NCBI GenBank assembly: GCA_048885525.1
Contig: JBHLLP010000035.1
Span: forward strand, 1 to 35,565
From: Candidatus Hermodarchaeota archaeon
GTDB taxonomy: Archaea; Asgardarchaeota; Lokiarchaeia; Sigyniarchaeales; SOKP01
Direction: 5' to 3'
Length of the DNA: 35,565 bases
Under the pieces are notes generated by a model. It was not told where the DNA came from and did no database searches. It saw only the letters and a program-made list of their open reading frames with translations. The position numbers and the translations under genes are program-made. Shown here in pieces: positions 27,434 through 35,565 of the stretch (position 1 is the stretch's first letter; every line of letters begins with the position of its first letter).

Positions 27434-28783
27434 GTGAAAAAAATGTCTGAAAATGAAAAAGAAGGAAAACTCGATATAAAACAGACTTTTATTATTGGTT
27501 TGGCTTTTTTTACAACTGGTATCTCATGGAGTTTGTATAATACTCAAGTAAGTCAACAATTAGATCTTTATTTCTCAGGTGTTTTAATAGCAGGATTGAT
27601 AGTGGGGGCATTAATGACTCTCGATAATGTTGTTGGTGTTATAATTCAACCAATAATGGGGTCAATTTCAGATAATACAAGAACTAAATATGGACGCCGT
27701 ATGCCATATATAATTGTAGGGGTTATATTATCAGCAATATTTTTCGCTCTTATTCCTACTGGGTTTCTTCCTGCAGGATCTCTGTGGATCCTTCTAGTAT
27801 GGATGTTCCTTTTTAGTATAGCCATGGGTTTTTATCGATCTCAAGCTGTTTCACTGATGCCAGATTTTGTTAGACCCGTCCATAGAAGTAAAGCAAATGC
27901 TGTTATTAATATAATGGGTGGAATTGGTGCAATAGTTGCTTATACCATGAGTTTAGTCTCGGATTATATTGGATTACAATTTACTTTCATTATCGGATCG
28001 ATCATAATGATTGCTGCTTTAATAGTGCTTTTCTTTAAAATAGATGAAAATGAATCTTTTAGCTATAGATTACTTTTAGAATCAGAAGCAAGAGAAAGTG
28101 GAAAAACTAAAGAAAAAAAAGACAAAATTGGATTGGTTAATAGTATTAAGGACATTTTAAAGGAGGAAGATAAAAGTACTATATTTATGCTTTTAACTAT
28201 CTTTTGCTTATTTTTAACTCATAATGGTTTAGAAGCATTATTTTCAATATATGCTGGTTCGGGTCCTAATGGTGTTTTAGGGTTAAGTCGTGGATTTGCT
28301 GGTTTTTTGTTTAATTTTGTAGCAATCCCCTTTATAATCGCAGCATTTCCATTATCACTTTTAGCTACTAAAATTGGCAGAAGACTTTGCATAAAAATAG
28401 GTTTAGCGCTTATGTTTGTATCATTATTAATCGGTTTTGCTATTCAAACAACAACAGTTACTATGATTATTTTGGTATTGTATGGTATCGGGTATGCTTT
28501 AGTCAATGTAAACACTATTGTAATAGTTTGGGAACTTGCACCTAGCGCAAAGAAAATTGGAACATATACAGGGCTATATTACTTTTTTAGCGTTTTAGCA
28601 CAAATTCTTGGACCTTTGAGTGTAGGTGGCTTAAGAGATATTTTTGGAAAAGCGTCATTGCTACTTGATGGATCCATATTCTTAATTCTGGCTTTAGTGT
28701 TCATGTTTCTTGTAAGAAGAGGAGAAATTGAACTCACAGAAGAGGAAAAATTAGCAAGAAAAAAAGCAATTACTGAGCTTTAG
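27434..28783 (+). CDS. MFS sugar transporter (GPH/SLC45-like)
   Basis: MTLDN....IQP..G..SD.TRT.YGRRMPYI, ALIP, SLMPD......S.ANA.IN.MG, KIGRR, GTYTGLYYFFS. Confidence 0.9.
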   Translation: MKKMSENEKEGKLDIKQTFIIGLAFFTTGISWSLYNTQVSQQLDLYFSGVLIAGLIVGALMTLDNVVGVIIQPIMGSISDNTRTKYGRRMPYIIVGVILSAIFFALIPTGFLPAGSLWILLVWMFLFSIAMGFYRSQAVSLMPDFVRPVHRSKANAVINIMGGIGAIVAYTMSLVSDYIGLQFTFIIGSIIMIAALIVLFFKIDENESFSYRLLLESEARESGKTKEKKDKIGLVNSIKDILKEEDKSTIFMLLTIFCLFLTHNGLEALFSIYAGSGPNGVLGLSRGFAGFLFNFVAIPFIIAAFPLSLLATKIGRRLCIKIGLALMFVSLLIGFAIQTTTVTMIILVLYGIGYALVNVNTIVIVWELAPSAKKIGTYTGLYYFFSVLAQILGPLSVGGLRDIFGKASLLLDGSIFLILALVFMFLVRRGEIELTEEEKLARKKAITEL

Positions 28784-28909
28784 ATTTTAACAACTCCTTT
28801 TTTTTTTAAAATTTTCTTTTTATTGATTGAAAACTAATTGGAATCTAATGGAACTAATTTTTGGGGTAAAGATAGGAGGTCTAATATTTAAAAAGAAGGA
28901 AAAAGGATT

Positions 28910-29398
28910 TTAATTTGTTGAATTAGTCCTTAATTTTTTTATAGCATCCGTAAAGAACCCAAAATCTCCAATTTCAGGTCCTTTTTTAGAATCCTTAATC
29001 TTATTAAAGTAATCTTCGATTTGTGTAAATAAAATATTTTTAAATGATGAGAATTGACTAATTTCATTAGCATTTTCATCGATTTCTTTATGATATAATG
29101 AATAAAACATATCTAATGATTTTTCTGCTTCTGCTCTTATATCATGTTTTGCAAATCCTTTATCAAGTATCGCAACGAAGATTAGATTGTATTTGTACAC
29201 GATAATCATTTCTACATCGAGACCCTTTATATTAATCTCTTCAATTTTCCCTAAGTTTTCTCCAAATAATCCTAATGCACCAACAAAAGAAGACAGCAAA
29301 ACTGGATTAATTTTCGTATCTAAAATAAGATCAAGGAGATATTCTCCTGTCTCTAAACAAATTACTATTCCTTTAAGGAATTTATGACTCTCAGTAAT
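28910..29398 (-). CDS. Longin-like domain protein (extends upstream of the ORF-track start)
   Basis: The frame is open upstream of 29299: ITESHKFLKGIVICLETGEYLLDLILDTKINPVLLSSFVGAL..FG; this supplies the N-terminal strands expected of a longin-like fold. There is no ATG, so the start is probably ATT/ATA near 29398-29404. Confidence 0.65.
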   Translation of the reverse strand: MTESHKFLKGIVICLETGEYLLDLILDTKINPVLLSSFVGALGLFGENLGKIEEINIKGLDVEMIIVYKYNLIFVAILDKGFAKHDIRAEAEKSLDMFYSLYHKEIDENANEISQFSSFKNILFTQIEDYFNKIKDSKKGPEIGDFGFFTDAIKKLRTNSTN

Positions 29399-29607
29399 AA
29401 TTATCCCTGTTATTAATCTGATTATAAATCTAAGTAACTAAAAATTATTTAGTTTAATAAAATCATCTAATTTATAATTTTAATAATAGGATATATTATC
29501 TAGAAAATAGCTATACTATTCAAATACCAATTCTATTATAGTTCATAGATCCGTGACAGTGACACATACAAAAATCAGTTTTTTGATTAAAAGAAAAAAG
29601 TTTATTA

Positions 29608-30459
29608 TTATTTTTCTAATATATTTCTAATTTTTTTAACAGTTTCTTTAAAGGCTTTAGCAGATTTACTTTCAGGGTACTTTAATATAAATGGCAATCC
29701 TTGGTCTCCCTGTTGGCTTACTTCAATTTCAAAAGGTATTTTCCCTAATAATGGAATATTATAATCTATTGATGCTTTTTCCACTCCGCCAGGAGGGTAT
29801 AAATCTATATATTCTCCACAATGAGGACAATTAAATCCACTCATGTTCTCAATTATTCCAAGGATATTTCTTTCCATTACCATTGCCATTTTGATTGTTT
29901 TTCTTGCATCCATTAAAGCAACTTCTTGCGGGGTTGACACGATTACTACATTTTCATCTGGAATTAATTGTAAAATATCTAATATTTCATCCGAAGTCCC
30001 AGGAGGCAAATCACATATCAAATAGTCAAGTTCACCCCATACAGCATCACCTAAAAATTGCCTAACAGCACTCATTTTCATAGGCCCTCTCCAAATCACG
30101 GGTTCGTCAGATGTAAGTGTTAAAAACGCCATACTCATAACTTTTAGTTTTAATGGTCCATCAACAGGATAAAATCTTTTAGCTTCAATATCTACTCGTG
30201 GTTTCAACTCAGGGTTAATCCCAAGCATTTTTATTACATTTGGTCCAGTAATATCTACATCAAGAATCCCAACTCTTAATCCCACACTAGCTAAACTCAT
30301 AGCAAGATTAATAGCAACAGTAGTTTTTCCTACGCCTCCTTTTCCGGAGATAATAACAATCTTATGTTTTATCATCTCCATATTTTTCTTAATATTTTTG
30401 GTACGTTCATCGAGCATCATTTCTCTTAAGTTTATATCTGCAATTTCTTCTTCCGGCAT
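29608..30459 (-). CDS. mrp: Mrp/NBP35 (ApbC) Fe-S cluster carrier ATPase
   Basis: SGKGGVGKT, DVDITGP, WRGPMK, WGELDYL.CDLPPGTSD, TPQ, IENMS.F.CPHC. Confidence 0.95.
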   Translation of the reverse strand: MPEEEIADINLREMMLDERTKNIKKNMEMIKHKIVIISGKGGVGKTTVAINLAMSLASVGLRVGILDVDITGPNVIKMLGINPELKPRVDIEAKRFYPVDGPLKLKVMSMAFLTLTSDEPVIWRGPMKMSAVRQFLGDAVWGELDYLICDLPPGTSDEILDILQLIPDENVVIVSTPQEVALMDARKTIKMAMVMERNILGIIENMSGFNCPHCGEYIDLYPPGGVEKASIDYNIPLLGKIPFEIEVSQQGDQGLPFILKYPESKSAKAFKETVKKIRNILEK

Positions 30460-30652
30460 TTTAATTGATCACTTTGGTTTTAATGAATACTTTATTATTT
30501 TATTATTATTAAATTTGTGAAACAATTGAATCACTTTATTTGTTTCGTTAATAAATTATGAACATTTCTAAGTTTTCAATTATATTTATAATTCCTAATA
30601 CGAGTAATTTATAATACATAAACTAAAGAAATTAATAAATCTCAGAATATTA

Positions 30653-31186
30653 TTGATTACTGAAAAGCGAAGAATAATTAATTATCGAAGGTGTTCTCAA
30701 ATTCCAGTTAGCAATTTCATGGAGCTATATAAATTCTTGCCTAAAACCAACTGTAAAAAGTGTGGAAAACCAACGTGTATGGCTTTTGCATTAGATCTAT
30801 TGCAAGGAAAAGTAAAAATTGATGATTGCACTCCACTTTTAGAATCTAAATATAAGAAGAATTATGATGCATTAAAGGATTTAATGGGCGCTGAAGAGGG
30901 AAAAGAAAAAGAGCTTAAGATCGATGTGGATACCGAATTATGTGATGGATGTGGAATTTGTGTAACAATATGCCCAGTTAATGCTAGATATTGCCCTCCC
31001 ACCTTAAGTGGTAAAGCTCCAGACTATCCACCAGAAAAACATCAATTATTTCAGGTTAAAAGTGGAAAATGTGAATTACTAGCTATAAAACATTGTCGAA
31101 GGATTGAGGCGGAAGGAAGAGAAAGAGAATGTCGAGTTTGCGAGACCTATTGTCCTCGCGAAGCTATAAAAATTGATTATGTATGA
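30653..31186 (+). CDS. Fe-S protein: CdhE/RnfB-type putative FeS domain fused to a 2x4Fe-4S ferredoxin domain (FwdG/FwdH-like position)
   Basis: LPKTNCKKCG.PTCMAFA..L......I..C.P; CDGCGIC..ICPVN; C..CETYCP.EAI; directly upstream of fwdB. Confidence 0.85.
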   Translation: MITEKRRIINYRRCSQIPVSNFMELYKFLPKTNCKKCGKPTCMAFALDLLQGKVKIDDCTPLLESKYKKNYDALKDLMGAEEGKEKELKIDVDTELCDGCGICVTICPVNARYCPPTLSGKAPDYPPEKHQLFQVKSGKCELLAIKHCRRIEAEGRERECRVCETYCPREAIKIDYV

Positions 31187-31230
31187 TTTTTAATTTGTCA
31201 GATTTTTTTACTTATTGAGTGTAATGAAAA

Positions 31231-32535
31231 ATGGTTAGTGACAGAATCACATGTTCGGGATGTTCGCTTTTATGTGATGATATTATCATTAGGAGTGATG
31301 GACTTTATATTGATGAAGTCATAGGAGCGTGCTTGAAAGGAAAAGAAAGATTTGACCAAGTAACGGCTAAAAATCGGATCCTCAATCCTTTGATCAGAAA
31401 GAATGGTACATTAGAAAAAGCATCCTTAGATGAATCTATAAATAAAGCCATTAGTATTATTAAAAACTCCTCCAAACCTCTTTTGTACGGCTTTTCCACC
31501 ATAAGTTGTGAAGCTCAATTAAAAGGCATTGAGCTTGCTAAAACCATTAATGGTTTTATAGATTCGAATTCTACAATTTGTCAAGGGAAAGTTTTGAACA
31601 TTTCAAAAGAAACAGGAATTACGCTAACAACAATTACTGAAATTATAAATAAGGCGGATTTATTAATTTTATGGGGGGCAAATGCTGCGGAATCAATACC
31701 ACGCTTATTAAATAAGGTTCTTTTTTCACGTGGTAAATTTAGAATGACGGGTCGAGAGATTAAAACTCTAATAGTTATAGATCCAGTGAAAACAGCTTCT
31801 TTTGGAGTAATGGGGGTAAGAGATGTAGCACTTCAAATTGAATCTGGAAAAGATATTGATTTAATTCGTGTTTTAAAAGAAGAATGTTGTACATCGGATA
31901 GTATCCCTAGTAAAGGTGTTGCTGGTATAGATAAAGATGATCTAAAAAGATTATTACTCCATTTAACTGGTGCTGAAAATGGAGTAATTTTTATAGGTCA
32001 AGGGCTTTTAGGTTCTAAAGATCGTAATAATGTAATTCAGGAACTACTTGAATTAGTACAATTAATAAATGTTAAACAACAAAAGGGACGAATCTCTCTC
32101 ATAATGCTAGGTGGTCACTATAATATGGTAGGGTTTGAACATGTTGCTTTATCAGTATGTGGTAAAAATCATAGTTTACAATTTGCGAATAATGAATTGA
32201 TTGAATCCCCAGAAACAATTATCACAAAAATAGAAAATGAAGATTTTGATTGCTCTATAATTGTAGGAACAGATCCAATTTCACACTTACCATGGCAATT
32301 AAGTAAAAAATTAATGGCAAAACCTATAATCCTTATTGATAATAAACAATCTGCAACCTTCTACACAGCAGAAATAATAATACCGTCAGCTATCACGGGA
32401 ATTGAAAGTGAAGGATTAGCTTATCGTTTGGATCATGTTCCAATTGAATTAAAAAAAATCCTGAATCCCCCAAGCAGCATTCTTTCTGATGAGGAAATTC
32501 TGACAAAAATAATAAATGGATATAGGGAGGAATAA
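31231..32535 (+). CDS. fwdB: Formylmethanofuran dehydrogenase subunit B-like (divergent)
   Basis: CSGCSLLCDD...AC.KG..RF, PLLYG, CEAQ..G.ELA, DSNSTICQG, ADL...WG.N, GHYN..G, VGTDP, PSA.TGIE..G.AYRLD.VP. Confidence 0.85.
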   Translation: MVSDRITCSGCSLLCDDIIIRSDGLYIDEVIGACLKGKERFDQVTAKNRILNPLIRKNGTLEKASLDESINKAISIIKNSSKPLLYGFSTISCEAQLKGIELAKTINGFIDSNSTICQGKVLNISKETGITLTTITEIINKADLLILWGANAAESIPRLLNKVLFSRGKFRMTGREIKTLIVIDPVKTASFGVMGVRDVALQIESGKDIDLIRVLKEECCTSDSIPSKGVAGIDKDDLKRLLLHLTGAENGVIFIGQGLLGSKDRNNVIQELLELVQLINVKQQKGRISLIMLGGHYNMVGFEHVALSVCGKNHSLQFANNELIESPETIITKIENEDFDCSIIVGTDPISHLPWQLSKKLMAKPIILIDNKQSATFYTAEIIIPSAITGIESEGLAYRLDHVPIELKKILNPPSSILSDEEILTKIINGYREE

Positions 32536-32539
32536 TGTA

Positions 32540-32914
32540 ATGGAGATGTTAGTAAATACAGTTAGAATGGTAGATTATGATCAAGTAAAGGAGTACTCTT
32601 TTGGAGATGATGACTCACTTACAAAGCATTTGGCGATTGCGTTATTGAATCCAGAGGATTTTAAAAATCTTAATCTAAGTACAAATTCAAATCTAAAAAT
32701 ACGTAACAATTTTGGTAGTGTTATTGTAAAACCAATTCAAAATAAAAATGTTCCATTAGGAATTATTAACTTGCCTGTCTCTATTTGGGCTAATCAAATC
32801 ACTGGAATCATGAATAATGAGTTAGTTTATAAAAATATAAAGGTAATTGTAGAAGCTACAGAAGATTCGGTAATTGATATAAAAGATCTTTTAAATTCAA
32901 TTAAAGAAAGATAG
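32540..32914 (+). CDS. fwdD: Formylmethanofuran dehydrogenase subunit D-like
   Basis: NT.R..DQ, NPED...L, GSV.V, G.I..P...WAN, K...V.VE; ATG at 32540 after GGAGG. Confidence 0.85.
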   Translation: MEMLVNTVRMVDYDQVKEYSFGDDDSLTKHLAIALLNPEDFKNLNLSTNSNLKIRNNFGSVIVKPIQNKNVPLGIINLPVSIWANQITGIMNNELVYKNIKVIVEATEDSVIDIKDLLNSIKER

Positions 32915-32923
32915 ACAATAGGA

Positions 32924-34594
32924 ATGTTAGAAATGGATAGATTGATTATTAGGAATGGTATAGTGTTTGATCCAATCAATAATATTAATGGTGAAATCAA
33001 AGATATTCTAATTGAGTCTGGTAAAATTGTAGAAAAGTTCAGTAGCGAGAAAAATGTTGATCAAATAAATGCAAAGAACAGTACTGTTATCCCTGCAGCT
33101 CTAGATATTCATACACATGTAGCTTCTCAACAAGTTAATTGGGTCCGGTTGCTAGGGTCAAAAAAAAAAAAGTTCCAAGAGGATTGGCAAGGCTTAACTT
33201 TAAACAATATTGCGAGAAACTATATTTCTAATGGTTATACTTTTATTCTTGAAGCTAATGTCTTCCCTTCTTTAGCAAAAGAAACAATATTTAACTTCAA
33301 ACATTTACCAGTTCTCGATAAGGCAATGCTATTGAATGCTAGTAATTTGTGGCCTCTAGAACTTGAATTTCAGAGAGGAAAAATTGATGAGATGGCAATA
33401 TTTCTATCTGATCTTTTATCGAAAACATATGGATTTGGATTTAAAATCTATAATCCATTCGAAAATGAAACATGGAATTTAAAAGAACTAAGAGAAGATG
33501 TATCACAGCAAGGAAGATTGTATAATTTTTCAACATTAGATGTATATGAAAAGCTTATTAGATGCAATGAAATGCTTGAAATGCCACATTCTGTTCATGC
33601 TCATATTGAAGGATATGAAAACGAAATTGGCAAAGATAACCTCTCTATTATTTTAGAAAACATTAAATCATTAAGTCTACCACAGAATCAAAATGTTAGA
33701 AGGAACCAAATTTTTCACATTGCTCATGCTAATAGCTATAATTATGATGGTGATAATGCAGAACTCATAAATTTTTTAAATGAAAATCAAGATTTTGATA
33801 TTAGTTTAGCATTTATCGGATTCAATCAAATAAATCCCTTAATAACTTCAGATAGAAGACTTATTAATTCTATACTAACAGAAGATATTATAGATAATCC
33901 ACAAAAACTGATAAGTTCAGCTATAGAATTTGAAGGGGATTCTTTTGTTTCAATAAGAACTTTTGACAAAAAGAATTATGGTCATTGCATATTATGGGCA
34001 AATGCGCTTGATTTGGCATTAAATACAAAAAATAAATTACAAGTTAGCTTTTCTTTAAATTTTCCTAATTATGCTAATGTTTCCGATATTCCTGAAATTT
34101 CAACATGGTTAATAAGTAAGCAAGCTCGTGATAATTTCATGAAAGATATGAACGGTGAATTCATCAAAAAAAATCCTTTACCCAGTGAGGATAAAGTCTT
34201 GAAATTTTCAGAATTTGTATGTATAACAAGATCAAGTCCTGCAAAGTCCCTAGGCCTAGCAGATATCAAAGGAAATCTTGGTTATGGTGCAGACGGTGAT
34301 TTAAACATCTTAAATATTAATGCTAATGATGTTGATTTCTCTAAAGACTATAATGAGCTAAGAAATGTTTTAAAAAATATTGAATATGTTATAAAATTAG
34401 GAAAGATTATTAAAAAGGAAAAAGATTTCAATTTCAACCATAATGGTTCAATCTTCTGGTCTAATGGTAAGTTAGAACTAAAAGAAAAAGAGTTCATAAT
34501 GAACAAAAAGAAAGATTTTTACCAAAAATATTCCTCAATATTTTATGATTCTTATAAAGTCTCAGTTGATAAAAAAATTTTAAGAAAAGTGTGA
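32924..34594 (+). CDS. fwdA: Formylmethanofuran dehydrogenase subunit A-like amidohydrolase (divergent)
   Basis: I.NG.VFDP.N.INGE.KDI, DIHTH, Y..NGYT, GFKIYNP, PHSVH.H, HIAH, ITR..PAK.LGL...KG.LG.GAD.D. Confidence 0.85.
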   Translation: MLEMDRLIIRNGIVFDPINNINGEIKDILIESGKIVEKFSSEKNVDQINAKNSTVIPAALDIHTHVASQQVNWVRLLGSKKKKFQEDWQGLTLNNIARNYISNGYTFILEANVFPSLAKETIFNFKHLPVLDKAMLLNASNLWPLELEFQRGKIDEMAIFLSDLLSKTYGFGFKIYNPFENETWNLKELREDVSQQGRLYNFSTLDVYEKLIRCNEMLEMPHSVHAHIEGYENEIGKDNLSIILENIKSLSLPQNQNVRRNQIFHIAHANSYNYDGDNAELINFLNENQDFDISLAFIGFNQINPLITSDRRLINSILTEDIIDNPQKLISSAIEFEGDSFVSIRTFDKKNYGHCILWANALDLALNTKNKLQVSFSLNFPNYANVSDIPEISTWLISKQARDNFMKDMNGEFIKKNPLPSEDKVLKFSEFVCITRSSPAKSLGLADIKGNLGYGADGDLNILNINANDVDFSKDYNELRNVLKNIEYVIKLGKIIKKEKDFNFNHNGSIFWSNGKLELKEKEFIMNKKKDFYQKYSSIFYDSYKVSVDKKILRKV

Positions 34595-34863
34595 TTACGC
34601 CTCTTTTATTTCTATATTAACTAATTTGTTGTAATTTTTGGCATCCAGAAATAGATATTCTTTATTTGCATTTCTCTTTCTAATCAATAGATTAAATTCT
34701 TCAATAAGAAATCTAAATCAAGATTTTTTAAAGGAAAGCTAAATTCAGCGTCTGATTTCAATGAAAATTCCTTTGGTTATTTTGATAAAAATGTCAAAAG
34801 TTTAAATAAATTGATATAATATTTAGTTTTAGAATAGAAACTAGAAATAAAAATTTCAGACTA

Positions 34864-35274
34864 ATGTCAGAACAAGAAATAAGTAGTGAAGAATCAAGTG
34901 AATTTGTGAAATCTATAAAGGAAGGTTATGAATCATTAAATAAAAATGATAAATTTAAAGAGCAATTTAAGGATATAGATCTCAAAATATTATTAAATCC
35001 AACAGATAGAGACTATGCTGCTTTAATTACAGTTGATAAAGGAACAGTGTATGTGCAGGGCATAGAAAATACTCCTAAAGAAAAAGTAAGTAAGGAAACA
35101 TTAGGTTGGGATAGTTATATGAAAACTACAAGAGAAACTTTCAAAAAAATTGGTGATGGAACTCTCTCAAGCCGCGATATAAGAAAAAAAGTTCTTGCTC
35201 GCAAAATTAAAGTTAAAGGATTAAAACATTTAGCATTATTTAGTAAAATGAGTGCTCTACGACGAGGAGAATAA
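34864..35274 (+). CDS. SCP2 sterol/lipid-binding domain protein
   Basis: ITVDKG.V.V, D......ETF.KI..G.LS....VL.RKIKVKG. Confidence 0.7.
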   Translation: MSEQEISSEESSEFVKSIKEGYESLNKNDKFKEQFKDIDLKILLNPTDRDYAALITVDKGTVYVQGIENTPKEKVSKETLGWDSYMKTTRETFKKIGDGTLSSRDIRKKVLARKIKVKGLKHLALFSKMSALRRGE

Positions 35275-35374
35275 GCTTTTTGGTTAAATTTCTTAAATTA
35301 TTGGTCTAACCTTTGATAAGTATCATTGATCAGTGAATAATCCATTATCTTCTAACGAATATTCTAACGAAGAT

Positions 35375-35565
35375 TTAAAAATTATCCAGCATTGTATTGA
35401 AAAGGTCTTTTCGAGTGATTATTATCTGATTCTGATATTTCTTAATTTTTTCCTTAATTAAATTTTCAAATAATCCGTAGATGGGGACCAACTGCTTGAA
35501 GGAATGGAGATTATCTCTTATTTTAGTGAAGCCATGTAATTTTTTTAGTTCTTCTTCACGATCTT
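35375..35565 (-). CDS. C-terminal end of a hypothetical protein starting outside the window
   Basis: Open minus-strand frame from the edge: DREEELKKLHGFTKIRDNLHSFKQLVPIYGLFENLIKEKIKKYQNQIIITRKDLFNTMLDNF-TAA. Confidence 0.55.
   Translation of the reverse strand, partial: DREEELKKLHGFTKIRDNLHSFKQLVPIYGLFENLIKEKIKKYQNQIIITRKDLFNTMLDNF

Noticed and set aside
31231-32535. Selenocysteine-containing FwdB
   Set aside because: The ORF is uninterrupted and the metal ligand position is TGT (Cys).
2037-34269. Short ORFs overlapping longer genes (e.g. 2037..2342, 2278..2487, 3603..3797, 8892..9128, 11395..11637, 16048..16392, 19185..19460, 20615..21010, 25165..25464, 29843..30025, 31305..31502, 34069..34269)
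   Set aside because: Antisense or alternate-frame shadows of well-supported genes.
35350-35371. Short direct repeat TTCTAACGAA x2
   Set aside because: Only 10 bp in AT-rich DNA between convergent genes; nothing supports a function.

Overview
AT-rich archaeal chromosomal window with the hallmarks of an Asgard archaeon (Lokiarchaeia/Promethearchaeia): a eukaryote-type ubiquitin-fold protein, two longin-like proteins, Loki-type beta-helix and C-terminally anchored surface proteins, and archaeal TATA boxes. Most of it is ordinary gene content: membrane proteins, transporters (EamA, OFA and sugar MFS), an Ntn-hydrolase, a kinase-like phosphotransferase, a histidine phosphatase, a UPF0182 protein, Mrp/NBP35, SCP2, and a divergent formylmethanofuran dehydrogenase-like cluster (Fe-S protein, fwdB, fwdD, fwdA; no fwdC adjacent). 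Two signals missing from the ORF track stand out. (1) A candidate new small membrane selenoprotein at 26270..26518 has an in-frame TGA in a GGGG-U-A-C context, followed immediately by a eukaryote-like SECIS hairpin at 26518..26590. (2) A ~345-nt, highly structured intergenic ncRNA at 19667..20010 has its own TATA box and matches no RNA family I can recognise. No CRISPR array, rRNA, tRNA or transposase was seen. All family assignments come from reading motifs by eye; no database search was run.
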